Positions 1 through 8,062 of a DNA stretch of 44,776 nucleotides are shown piece after piece (within the stretch, counting starts at the first letter, position 1; the number at the start of each line of letters is the position of its first letter). The position numbers were made by a program, and so were the translations under genes. Where the stretch lies: sequence record NC_073075. One strand, given 5' to 3'. The stretch is from Escherichia phage ZCEC10. The notes under the pieces were generated by a model, which worked only from the letters and a program-made list of their open reading frames with translations, was not told where the DNA came from and ran no database searches.

Positions 1-77
1 GCGTCCTGCATCCTGTCGACGGGGGGAATAATAGATTGGTTGCAGGATGGGTGTCAACAACTAATTTCAAAAAAAAA
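1..77. repeat. Terminal direct repeat, left copy, identical to 44700..44776; probable circular-assembly overlap
   Basis: First 77 nt read identically at the last 77 nt of the window. Confidence 0.85.
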
Positions 78-104
78 AGCGCCGAGGCAAAATGCGACGG
101 CGCT
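69..104 (-). terminator. Putative rho-independent terminator on the minus strand (insulates the early leftward promoter)
   Basis: 7-bp GC-rich stem agcgccg/cggcgct at 79..104 preceded on plus strand by A10 (69..78), i.e. hairpin followed by U-run on the minus strand. Confidence 0.45.
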
Positions 105-174
105 AACCAATAAGAGACAATGAGACGGGGATTATTATTACACGCGTGCGCGCCCGTTTCAATATCCAAAGGAT

Positions 175-203
175 TTGACACCGTGCAGTTTTGGGTGTAG
201 TTT
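175..203 (+). promoter_or_regulatory. Possible sigma70-like promoter for the 235..564 gene
   Basis: TTGACA at 175..180, 17-nt spacer, TAGTTT at 198..203; weak -10. Confidence 0.3.
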
Positions 204-234
204 CGTTGGTCATTAACCAACTGAGGGCAGAGCA

Positions 235-564
235 ATGAATGTAAACGACGCAATCGAAATGTTAACGAAGACTGTTTGCAGTGAGACAAGCCGGTCATGG
301 GCTTATACCGATGCCGTGGGTGCGGTGTTATTTGAAATCGAGCGCCTGCGCAGTGTCGAAAAAGAATTGCGCGCCCGGCTGGAATTACTCAACGGTACGG
401 CAGCAAGCAAGCTGCAAAAACACAATGAAGAAATGGAAGAATACAAAAAGCAGGTTATCCGTTTGCGCGCCGAGGGTAAATCGTGGGCGATGATTGCCGA
501 GTTGACCGGAATTAATCAGAGCACAGTGCGCTCTTGGGTACGCAATAATAAAACTTCTAAGTAA
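235..564 (+). CDS. Helix-turn-helix DNA-binding protein, putative transcriptional regulator
   Basis: 109-aa ORF; C-terminal GKSWAMIAELTGINQSTVRSWVRN is a classic HTH; GAGGG RBS upstream. Confidence 0.6.
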   Translation: MNVNDAIEMLTKTVCSETSRSWAYTDAVGAVLFEIERLRSVEKELRARLELLNGTAASKLQKHNEEMEEYKKQVIRLRAEGKSWAMIAELTGINQSTVRSWVRNNKTSK

Positions 565-574
565 GGCCACGGCA

Positions 575-2839
575 ATGAGCTTAATTAAATTCGCTGTAAC
601 ACGACCCGCTAAAAAAGGCGAAAAAGCCAGGGCGGAAAACTTCCAGATGACTACCGAAGAGTTTTTCGAATTTATCAATGATGCGAAAGAAATATCCTCG
701 GTGCATATCAATAAGACGGAAGATAAAGCCGAGTATGCGCGCCGCAAGCGTAAGGCCGATGGCATCGTGGCGTATACCAGTGACGGATTGCGTCGTAAGA
801 CCAGTGCGGTGGACCGCTCGATCCTGTTCTTTGATATTGACCGCACCGACACCCGCACCCTACGCCGCTGCCGTAAGGCGTTCATCGACGCGGGACTGGA
901 GCACGTATTTCACACCACAACCGGCGACCGCCACCCGCTGAAAGGCGGCACGCGTTGCGCCCGTTTCCTGGTGCTCACGGACAAGCCTGTACCGGCTGAA
1001 GACCTGGGCCGCGTCCAGTATGCACTATTACACCAACTGGGTCTGTCAGATGTGGACTTCGACGACTGTACAAAAGACACAAACCGCCTTATGTACCTGC
1101 CACATCAGCAGTCTGTCGTTAAGTGCCACTACGGCAAACGCGCCAGCGTCCGTCGTCTGCTCCGTCGGGCGGATAAGCTGGGGGTGGAAAAAGAGGAAGT
1201 ACGCCGCGAACTAACCCAGGGCGATGACGGCGTGGCGGACGGCATTCTGGACTGGTGCTTCCAGGCAGGATTCGAGGAGTTATCTTCCGGTCGCGGTTAT
1301 GAAGTGCCGTGCCCGAACGAACATCTGCACAGCGGCGAAGGGTCGACGGCTATCATGGTCAAGGATGGCGAGACCCGTTTCAAGTGTATGCACACCGGCA
1401 ACGAGTGTTGCTCGGAACTGAACAGACACCAGCACCTGGCGCTGCGTCTTATCGGGATCCCGGACCACCTGAACGTCGAGCCACACAATATGTCACGCAA
1501 GCAAATCGCCGCCATCCTTCCGGGACTGGACGACGAGGAAGTGGAATCCTGCTATGAACATATCGTTGATGCAGTTGGCGACGGCGAAGAATACGGCGTG
1601 TGCACCGATGCCGACCTGGACAACGAGCCGGTTGCGCTGTTCAGTAAGCACGACCCGATCATCGAGGGGTTGATTAACTTTAAATCGACCTGGTACATGG
1701 CTGGCGAATCGAACATCGGTAAATCGTTCTACGTGCTGGGGCAGATGGGTGCGGTTGCCGCGGGTATTCCGTTTGGCGGTGCGAAGGTCGTCCAGTCTCA
1801 TTGCTTCTATTTCGACGCGGAAGGTGGCGAAGCCTCCAACCAGCGTAAGGAAGCATTGCAAATTAAATATGAGCACGACCTGGACAAGCTGCACATTATC
1901 GATCTGCAATCACGCGGCTGGGATATCACCAGCAAGTCCGGCTTGCGCGAAGTTATCAGCTTCATCAACCGCACCGCTAACGGCGAACCGGTTGGCCTGG
2001 TGGCGTTCGACTCACTCAACCAGACGGTTGCGTTGCGGTCCGCCGATGCCAAACCGTTCGACGAGAACAACGCCAGCGATATGGGCGAAGTGGTCAAGGC
2101 ACTGAAGGCCATCGCGGAAAACACAGGCGGCAGTGCGGGCGTCATCCACCACCCGGCGAAGGGTGCAAACGGAAGCAGATCCCCCCGCGGGTCCGGCGCG
2201 CTGCATGGCGCTGTCGATTCTGCGTTCTTCCTGGAACAGCCGGACGACAACCAGCCGGGACAACTTAACCTGTATCACGAAAAGGCACGTAACGGCATCA
2301 AGCAAGCGCCGCGCGGCTTCGTCCTGCTCAAGTGCAAGGTTAAGGTGGATCTCCGCAAGTCCGAGGCGTTCGAAGCCCACCAGTCCACCAGCACCGGGCC
2401 GGACTTCGGTGATGTGGTCGCCGGTTGGGACGTCAAGCCGATTGCCTCCACGCCTCGCGACGAGACTCTGTACCTCGTACCGGTCGCCCTGGCACCGTTC
2501 GCCATCGAACAGGCGAAGGCCGCGGGCAAGGCAGCAGTTAAGGAAGAGAACGCCGCGGGACCGCGCAACGAAAAAGAGAAAGTGCTCTATGCGGCACTGG
2601 AAAAACTGATGGAAGATAACCCGGACCATACCGGATTCAGTAAATCGGCAATTGTCCGCCAGGCTGGACTGGCGAAAGGTGGTACATCGACGAAGGCAAT
2701 TGACGATATGATCGAGCGCGGCGTACTCGGTTTTTATACAGACCCACACACCGGGGCCATCTATGGGTCGTCGAATATCGTCATAAAAACGAATATACCA
2801 ATCACGCTTTCTGCGACCGATGATGATTTGAAAGATTAA
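575..2839 (+). CDS. Bifunctional primase-polymerase / P-loop replicative helicase
   Basis: 754 aa; N-terminal FFDIDRTD prim-pol-like motif, Cys/His zinc-binding cluster (CPNEHLHSG...CMHTGNEC), Walker A GESNIGKS and Walker B-like VAFDSL. Confidence 0.8.
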   Translation: MSLIKFAVTRPAKKGEKARAENFQMTTEEFFEFINDAKEISSVHINKTEDKAEYARRKRKADGIVAYTSDGLRRKTSAVDRSILFFDIDRTDTRTLRRCRKAFIDAGLEHVFHTTTGDRHPLKGGTRCARFLVLTDKPVPAEDLGRVQYALLHQLGLSDVDFDDCTKDTNRLMYLPHQQSVVKCHYGKRASVRRLLRRADKLGVEKEEVRRELTQGDDGVADGILDWCFQAGFEELSSGRGYEVPCPNEHLHSGEGSTAIMVKDGETRFKCMHTGNECCSELNRHQHLALRLIGIPDHLNVEPHNMSRKQIAAILPGLDDEEVESCYEHIVDAVGDGEEYGVCTDADLDNEPVALFSKHDPIIEGLINFKSTWYMAGESNIGKSFYVLGQMGAVAAGIPFGGAKVVQSHCFYFDAEGGEASNQRKEALQIKYEHDLDKLHIIDLQSRGWDITSKSGLREVISFINRTANGEPVGLVAFDSLNQTVALRSADAKPFDENNASDMGEVVKALKAIAENTGGSAGVIHHPAKGANGSRSPRGSGALHGAVDSAFFLEQPDDNQPGQLNLYHEKARNGIKQAPRGFVLLKCKVKVDLRKSEAFEAHQSTSTGPDFGDVVAGWDVKPIASTPRDETLYLVPVALAPFAIEQAKAAGKAAVKEENAAGPRNEKEKVLYAALEKLMEDNPDHTGFSKSAIVRQAGLAKGGTSTKAIDDMIERGVLGFYTDPHTGAIYGSSNIVIKTNIPITLSATDDDLKD

Positions 2840-2933
2840 ATTTTGCGCGCATTGGTTGCCATTTTGGGTGTTTTTATCCGGTCGTATTGGTTGCCGTGTA
2901 GTGTAAATATAGTGAATAGTTATGCAATAAAAC

Positions 2934-3110
2934 TGCATAAAGTAAGCGGGACAGAAAGCGGGACAAACAAGGGGCGGGACAAAGCGGGACAGCACCCCCG
3001 TCCCGCCCCGGATGGCGCGGCCTGGCGAGGAGCGGGACAGCGGGACAGCACCCCAGTCTTTCAGACTAGACGGGGGGTCAATGGCCCCCCTCGTCTGAGA
3101 CTGCATAAAA
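2934..3110. repeat. Iteron-rich GC repeat R1 (six GCGGGACA(A/G) units plus long imperfect hairpin), paralogous to 20084..20253
   Basis: About 90 percent identical by eye to the second copy; both begin TGCATAAAGTAAGCGGGACAG and end in the hairpin cagactagacgggggg...cccccctcgtctgagactg. Confidence 0.8.
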
Positions 3111-3263
3111 TCCGGGGATTGCAAAATACACGGCAGCAGGATGCGAATCGCGGTCGTGGGCGAACTAGGCAACCAATGCGATATGTATTATGTGGAGTGA
3201 AAAACGCAGTTTGCAGCCACAGCAGATAGCGATCAACTTTTTCATGCGCGTGATTAATATTGG

Positions 3264-3292
3264 TTGCACTTGACCCGGCACCTTGCTATATT
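3264..3292 (+). promoter_or_regulatory. Sigma70-like promoter (TTGCAC-17-TATATT) flanked by two ATTGGTTGCAC motif copies
   Basis: -35 TTGCAC 3264..3269, 17-nt spacer, -10 TATATT 3287..3292; downstream gene starts at 3320. Confidence 0.5.
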
Positions 3293-3319
3293 GGTTGCAC
3301 ACCAACAGGAGGGCAGAAC

Positions 3320-3499
3320 ATGAAAACCGAAATGGTTAATAAGCGCGAAATCAAGATCGGCGATACGGTAGTCCACAACGGGGAGCTTCGCACTGTGTGC
3401 AAGCGGGCGTTTAGCATAGATGAATTTATGGGCCTGCTACTTTGGGGCGACAGCTATCGTTTAGGGCATAAACTGGTTGAGAGGGTTACGGAACTATGA
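3320..3499 (+). CDS. Hypothetical protein (59 aa)
   Basis: ATG preceded by AGGAGGG RBS; stop overlaps next gene start (ATGA). Confidence 0.45.
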   Translation: MKTEMVNKREIKIGDTVVHNGELRTVCKRAFSIDEFMGLLLWGDSYRLGHKLVERVTEL

Positions 3500-3801
3500 A
3501 AGCACTAATCTGGAATTACACAATGGCCGTGGCAAAGCTGGACGAAGCGAAGGCACTCAACGGCAACGTAGATCAGGCGCTTCAGGTTGCGATAATGGCA
3601 CATCAATCAATCCGGAGCGCGCTTTATGGTATGGACGCCAGCCTGGACGAACTGAAGCCGTTGCGTATGGCAATCCACGAATACGCGATGGCATTCTCCC
3701 GTGAGCGCCTGGCCTATCGCTTCGGTATTGGCGATAAGGCAGTGACAAACGTCGCCCGGATTAAAGCCCAGCGCGAACTATTCGCCCAGCTTGCGAAATA
3801 A
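3496..3801 (+). CDS. Hypothetical protein
   Basis: 101-aa ORF, translationally coupled to upstream gene. Confidence 0.55.
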   Translation: MKALIWNYTMAVAKLDEAKALNGNVDQALQVAIMAHQSIRSALYGMDASLDELKPLRMAIHEYAMAFSRERLAYRFGIGDKAVTNVARIKAQRELFAQLAK

Positions 3802-3810
3802 GGGGCCAAA

Positions 3811-4080
3811 ATGAGCCGTAGGCGCGCCAAACAGCTTTCGTGGCATATTCCCCTGCATTGCATACGAATATGGGCTGAGAATGCGAATGCGGGCGAATCG
3901 GTATTCTGGTGCTATCGCGATGACGTGAAGCCACTGACGCAGACTCGCTACTTGCACCAGTTTGCAGCACAACACGATTTCAGGGTGCGGACTTCCTTGC
4001 AACCAATGGGGGTCCGTATTACATTACGCCGGAAGCCCGCCGTTGAGAGGGTAGGCAAACACTGGAGACTGGCAAAATGA
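3811..4080 (+). CDS. Hypothetical basic protein
   Basis: 89-aa ORF, RBS-like GGGGCC upstream. Confidence 0.45.
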   Translation: MSRRRAKQLSWHIPLHCIRIWAENANAGESVFWCYRDDVKPLTQTRYLHQFAAQHDFRVRTSLQPMGVRITLRRKPAVERVGKHWRLAK

Positions 4081-4241
4081 ACAAGCAACCTGAACGCTGG
4101 CGGAGTAAGGCCACGCGACTGACTTACTTCGTGACAGAAGAAGCAAACGGCAACGTGACTATTTCACACCCTAAGTGTGGTACTCGACGCACTATCTCGC
4201 GCCTCACATTAGTTCGTAACTACAGGAGATTGACAGAATGA
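4077..4241 (+). CDS. Hypothetical small protein (54 aa)
   Basis: ORF below the track cutoff; ATGA overlaps with both neighbours. Confidence 0.3.
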   Translation: MNKQPERWRSKATRLTYFVTEEANGNVTISHPKCGTRRTISRLTLVRNYRRLTE

Positions 4242-4780
4242 AATTACTATTTCGCCGTAAGCACGATGGCAAAATCCTGAAGCCGAGCCAGACCCTGGAT
4301 TCCTACGTCCGCCTACAAAACGCGGCAGGCAATCGGGTGTGGCGGGCGCCGAAACACACGCTGCCGCAGTTCTTCGACGTACTCACGCACGATATTGAGC
4401 GCGGCGATGTGCTGCGTGATATCCGCGACGGGCAACTGTGGATCGTGGGGTATGTTGGTTTTTACCGCATTCGTATGCAGACCCGCGCGGGTGGAGTTGC
4501 GGGCAACATACAGAGGGGTATGACCTACTTCGAGCTGGTCAACTACGAGCGCGTAGGCCGCAAATACTGCCTGCGCAACCGCCAGCCGCATGAGCGCGCT
4601 ACTTACGACGCTACCCAGGTGCAATCTAAAATTCGCCATGCCACGCGTGAGATAGTCAATCGCTTTGATGCCGTGACGAATGCACAGCGCCAGGCGCGGG
4701 AATACGGCGTGGGATTCATCCGTGTCGAACAAGACGGCAGCATGAACGCCATTGACCCGCGCTCGGTGATTCTGAAATGA
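4238..4780 (+). CDS. Hypothetical protein
   Basis: 180-aa ORF with AGGAG RBS 7 nt upstream; opposite-strand ORF 4313..4786 judged a shadow. Confidence 0.6.
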   Translation: MKLLFRRKHDGKILKPSQTLDSYVRLQNAAGNRVWRAPKHTLPQFFDVLTHDIERGDVLRDIRDGQLWIVGYVGFYRIRMQTRAGGVAGNIQRGMTYFELVNYERVGRKYCLRNRQPHERATYDATQVQSKIRHATREIVNRFDAVTNAQRQAREYGVGFIRVEQDGSMNAIDPRSVILK

Positions 4781-4914
4781 GCGCAACTATCCGTGATATG
4801 CTCATGCATAACCGCTTTGAGATAGGCGGTAGGGTGTTTCGCAATTACTTCGTGGCGCGTGCCTGGGCGCGCCATATTGGAAAACCAGAGGGGGCAATAC
4901 GATGCTACACGATT
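4777..4914 (+). CDS. Hypothetical small protein (45 aa)
   Basis: ATGA overlap with upstream stop; low confidence. Confidence 0.25.
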
Positions 4915-4972
4915 TGATATATTGGTTTGGATTGGCCTGCGCGGTACTCCTGATCGGTGTCATGGGGCGTTG
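4901..4972 (+). CDS. Possible 23-aa transmembrane mini-ORF, paralogous to the N-terminus of the next gene
   Basis: MLHDLIYWFGLACAVLLIGVMGR with AGAGGGGG RBS; resembles MIHDVIYWFGMASMLCMVTGVLG of the 4996 ORF. Confidence 0.25.
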
Positions 4973-4995
4973 ATTATTAGTCTGGTTAAATACCT

Positions 4996-5295
4996 ATGGA
5001 GCAGATTATGATTCATGATGTGATTTATTGGTTTGGTATGGCCAGCATGTTATGCATGGTTACGGGAGTGCTGGGCGCAATATGGGTATTCCTAGTATGG
5101 CCTGCGGTGGAAGCTGCCAGCATTACCCGGATGACATTCCAGATATACAAGCGCCGTGGAATCACGGAGCACCCGACCAGGTTGCGCATGTGGTGGCTGT
5201 GGTATCGGGATATGATAGGCGGGCGAACATTCGAAGCCGTCCGGTCGAGTGGATGGGAGTGGAAAGGCGTCGGCAAGTGGTCCGTTTTCGATTAA
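4996..5295 (+). CDS. Small membrane protein (single N-terminal TM), possible lysis regulator
   Basis: 99 aa, hydrophobic N-terminus, basic and Trp-rich C-terminus. Confidence 0.5.
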   Translation: MEQIMIHDVIYWFGMASMLCMVTGVLGAIWVFLVWPAVEAASITRMTFQIYKRRGITEHPTRLRMWWLWYRDMIGGRTFEAVRSSGWEWKGVGKWSVFD

Positions 5296-5314
5296 TTATG
5301 CAAGCGTGATATAG

Positions 5315-5347
5315 TCCCAGTGAGCTAAAACTTACTGGGACTTTTTT
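5315..5347 (+). terminator. Rho-independent terminator
   Basis: 9-bp stem cccagtgag/cttactggg (1 mismatch) followed by CTTTTTT. Confidence 0.55.
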
Positions 5348-5638
5348 ATGGATAAGCTAAACGAGTGGTTATTCGCCCTTGCGTGTCTTGCTGGTGGCTT
5401 CGTGGGCGCACGCATTCACGGCGAGGCAACGAAAGGGCCGTTGAACTTCGTTTTATATGTCGTAGTTGGCTTCCTGTGTGCCATATTTGGTGCGCCAGCT
5501 ATTGCCGAGTGGTCTGGTTTGTCTGGCGAGCGCACTGTCGCCGGTTTGGGCTTCGTAACTGCCATCTTCTGGATGCCAATCGCCGACCGGATCCGGGAGA
5601 CAATTGCGACGCTACACCTTCCGGGGGGCGCAAAATGA
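5348..5638 (+). CDS. Holin-like membrane protein
   Basis: 96 aa with two or three hydrophobic segments, immediately upstream of endolysin. Confidence 0.55.
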   Translation: MDKLNEWLFALACLAGGFVGARIHGEATKGPLNFVLYVVVGFLCAIFGAPAIAEWSGLSGERTVAGLGFVTAIFWMPIADRIRETIATLHLPGGAK

Positions 5639-5880
5639 TTATCTCCGTCCTGTTGTTTGTTATCATAGGGGCTTCGTCCCTGTTTAACGTGTATGCGCCG
5701 TCCGTTCAGGATGGCTTCTTCGGTCGGGTGTTATATCTGCTAACAGCAATGACCTGTATTGTCGGGCTGTTGCAAACGGGAGACGTATCTGATGCCACCT
5801 GGACCGCGTTAATCTGGCTGTTTGCATTGCGCACGCTGCGCAATGCTGTTTTAAATGGGGTAAAACATGCGATTCAGTGA
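5635..5880 (+). CDS. Second small membrane protein (holin or antiholin candidate)
   Basis: 81 aa, two hydrophobic segments; ATGA overlap upstream and overlap with endolysin start. Confidence 0.5.
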   Translation: MIISVLLFVIIGASSLFNVYAPSVQDGFFGRVLYLLTAMTCIVGLLQTGDVSDATWTALIWLFALRTLRNAVLNGVKHAIQ

Positions 5881-6358
5881 CAACGGTCTAAGATTTACGG
5901 CAGCATGGGAGGCTTTCAGCCCAGTGCCGTATTTCGCGACTAAGAAAGAGCAGGCCCGCGGCCTGTATACCTGGGGCTATGGTCACACCGGCACTAATCC
6001 GCCACGAAGCATTACCCGTGCGGAAGCACTGGAGCTACTCAAGCGCGATGTGGCATATGCCGAGAACTGGGTGAACAAGTACGCACACCCGAGCATCAAT
6101 CAGGCGCAATTCGACGCGCTGGTGGACCTGGTAATCAATGCCGGTCCTGGTCCGATCATGCCGGACGACGTAGCCGGTGATTTCGACGATGCGATCCGCC
6201 TGGGCGACTGGGCAAAGGTGCGGGCTATACTGCCACAATTCCGCAAGCAAGGTGGGGAAGTGCTGAAGGGGTTAGTCCGTCGAGCAATCGGCAGGCAGGC
6301 GCTATTCGATGGTAAGCAGTGGGACGTTGCCGAGAAGATCGGACGTAACGCAGCATAA
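5867..6358 (+). CDS. Endolysin, GH24 lysozyme family
   Basis: 163 aa with lysozyme-like motifs (YTWGYGHT...NAGPG). Confidence 0.8.
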   Translation: MRFSDNGLRFTAAWEAFSPVPYFATKKEQARGLYTWGYGHTGTNPPRSITRAEALELLKRDVAYAENWVNKYAHPSINQAQFDALVDLVINAGPGPIMPDDVAGDFDDAIRLGDWAKVRAILPQFRKQGGEVLKGLVRRAIGRQALFDGKQWDVAEKIGRNAA

Positions 6359-6374
6359 TACGGGGTAACACAGT

Positions 6375-6782
6375 ATGTTAAAAAGTATTCTTGATCATAA
6401 CGCCGACGCGCTCGCCGCGCTGGCTAAAACCGAAGACCCAGGCGCACGCGCTATTGTAGCGGATACGATCAGCCATGCGGGGGTGTTTGGCGCAAGCCTT
6501 CCGGGTCCGAAACCAGAGGTGAAAGTGACAAGCGCCACGGTAACGGTAGCTCCCGAGGCGGTTACAATCGGCACCCCGGCGAAGGCTACTGCGGCGGTAC
6601 AACCGGCAGGGGCGACCAATAAATCCGGCGTGTGGGTCAGCGGGTCGCCGACCATTGCCACCGTGGATGCTTCTGGCAATATCACGGGTAAAGCACCTGG
6701 ATCTGTCGATATTATTTGGGTGGCTAAGGATGGAAGCGGGGTGTCGGGCCGCAAAACGGTAACTGTGGCAAACGCAGAGTAA
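6375..6782 (+). CDS. Bacterial Ig-like (Big_2-type) domain protein
   Basis: 135 aa; C-terminal TVTVAPEAVTIG...ATAAVQP...TIATVDASGNITGKAPGSVDIIWVAKDGSGVSGRKTVTV matches the Big_2 beta-sandwich pattern. Confidence 0.55.
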   Translation: MLKSILDHNADALAALAKTEDPGARAIVADTISHAGVFGASLPGPKPEVKVTSATVTVAPEAVTIGTPAKATAAVQPAGATNKSGVWVSGSPTIATVDASGNITGKAPGSVDIIWVAKDGSGVSGRKTVTVANAE

Positions 6783-6787
6783 TGAGC

Positions 6788-6815
6788 AAGCCCGCCGTAT
6801 TGGCGGGCTTTTTAT
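6788..6815 (+). terminator. Rho-independent terminator
   Basis: Stem agcccgcc/ggcgggct with loop gtatt, followed by TTTTTATT. Confidence 0.75.
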
Positions 6816-6900
6816 TGTTCGACCTGCGACCAATTAATATCCCATACTGCGGTCGCCGTGATATATTGACCGCGGACAATCTGAATCAGGAAGATATGCA

Positions 6901-8043
6901 ATGCACCCGCAAACTAAAATCACCGACGAGCAATTGATCGCCGAGTTGCAATCCGGCACTACCGCGAAAGAGATTGCGAAGAAGTACGGCCTTTCCCTCC
7001 GAAATGTCTACATGCGAAAAGCCCGCCTTTCGAAGAAAGGGATTGGTCACGGCAACGATGCCGTAATCCGTAAGCGCGTTGCCGATGGCTTCGGCGTTAA
7101 GCGCGTATCCGCCCTGGTGCGCGGCAATGGCGAGGAGGTCATGTCCTGGGTCATCACCGAGCAGGACAAGGAGCGCCAACTCGAGGCAATGCGCGCCGTT
7201 GTCGAAGGGATGAACAGCGAAATCACACCGGCAGCGCCAGTAAACGCCCCGCCAGTACCGATCCAGGCGCTCGACTTACTCAACCTGTACACCGTGTCAG
7301 ACTTCCACCTGGGCATGTTGGCCTGGGGCGAGGAGACTGGCGAAGACTGGGATATGGCGATTGCCGAAGACCTGTTCTACCGCTGGTTTGTCGAAGCCTT
7401 CGCACGCGCACCAGATGCAGGCACTGCCGTAATTAATATCCTCGGTGATATGGCGCACTTTGATAGCCTTGATGCCGTCACACCTGCCAGCGGTCACATA
7501 CTGGACGCTGACACCCGCTACCAGAAACTGGTCCGATACATGATTCGCATGGTGCGCAACGTAGTCGAACTGGCGCTGCAAAAACACCACAAAGTCAAAC
7601 TGCTAATCGTCCAGGGGAATCATGACGAGTCGGGTATGATTTGGCTGGCTGAGATGTTCAATACTCTGTACGAGAACGAGCCGCGCGTCGATGTGGATAC
7701 GTCCCCTGACGTCTACAAAATGGTGCAGCACGGCAAGACCACGCTATTCTTCCACCACGGGCACAAAGCGCGATTCGATGCGATCGAGCAGGTTATGATT
7801 TCTAAATTCAGACAGGCTTTCGGGTCCAGTGAGTACAGCTACGCGCACGTAGGCCACTTGCACCACCAGAAGATTGTAGAATCCCGCAACATGATTGTTG
7901 AACAGCACCGAACACTCGCCGCGAAAGACGCATATGCCAGCCGTGGTGGTTGGATGTCCGGTCGCAGCGCAAACGTCATCACCTACAGCGCCAACTACGG
8001 CGAAGTAGCGCGCTTAACCATTAGCCCGGAAATGTTGAAGTAA
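6901..8043 (+). CDS. HTH domain fused to a calcineurin-like metallophosphoesterase
   Basis: 380 aa; N-terminal HTH (TAKEIAKKYGLSLRNVYMRKARL); metallophosphatase motifs DFHLG, GDMAHFD, QGNHDE, HHGHK, GHLHHQ. Confidence 0.7.
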   Translation: MHPQTKITDEQLIAELQSGTTAKEIAKKYGLSLRNVYMRKARLSKKGIGHGNDAVIRKRVADGFGVKRVSALVRGNGEEVMSWVITEQDKERQLEAMRAVVEGMNSEITPAAPVNAPPVPIQALDLLNLYTVSDFHLGMLAWGEETGEDWDMAIAEDLFYRWFVEAFARAPDAGTAVINILGDMAHFDSLDAVTPASGHILDADTRYQKLVRYMIRMVRNVVELALQKHHKVKLLIVQGNHDESGMIWLAEMFNTLYENEPRVDVDTSPDVYKMVQHGKTTLFFHHGHKARFDAIEQVMISKFRQAFGSSEYSYAHVGHLHHQKIVESRNMIVEQHRTLAAKDAYASRGGWMSGRSANVITYSANYGEVARLTISPEMLK

Positions 8044-8062
8044 CGGCGACCCGTAACCCTCC

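Noticed and set aside
385-885. 166-aa minus-strand ORF overlapping the HTH and primase genes
   Set aside because: Overlaps two well-supported plus-strand genes and lacks a start context.
2934-3110. Iteron repeats as a CRISPR array
   Set aside because: Units are 8 to 9 bp with irregular short spacing rather than 25 to 40 bp repeats with unique spacers, and the element is duplicated as a block.
2012-3172. 386-aa minus-strand ORF overlapping the primase-helicase gene and the R1 repeat
   Set aside because: Antisense shadow ORF; no RBS or motifs, and it runs through the non-coding iteron repeat. The plus-strand gene has clear replication motifs.
4313-4786. 157-aa minus-strand ORF opposite the 4238..4780 gene
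   Set aside because: The plus-strand ORF has a canonical AGGAG RBS and is coupled to its neighbours; the minus ORF lacks these.
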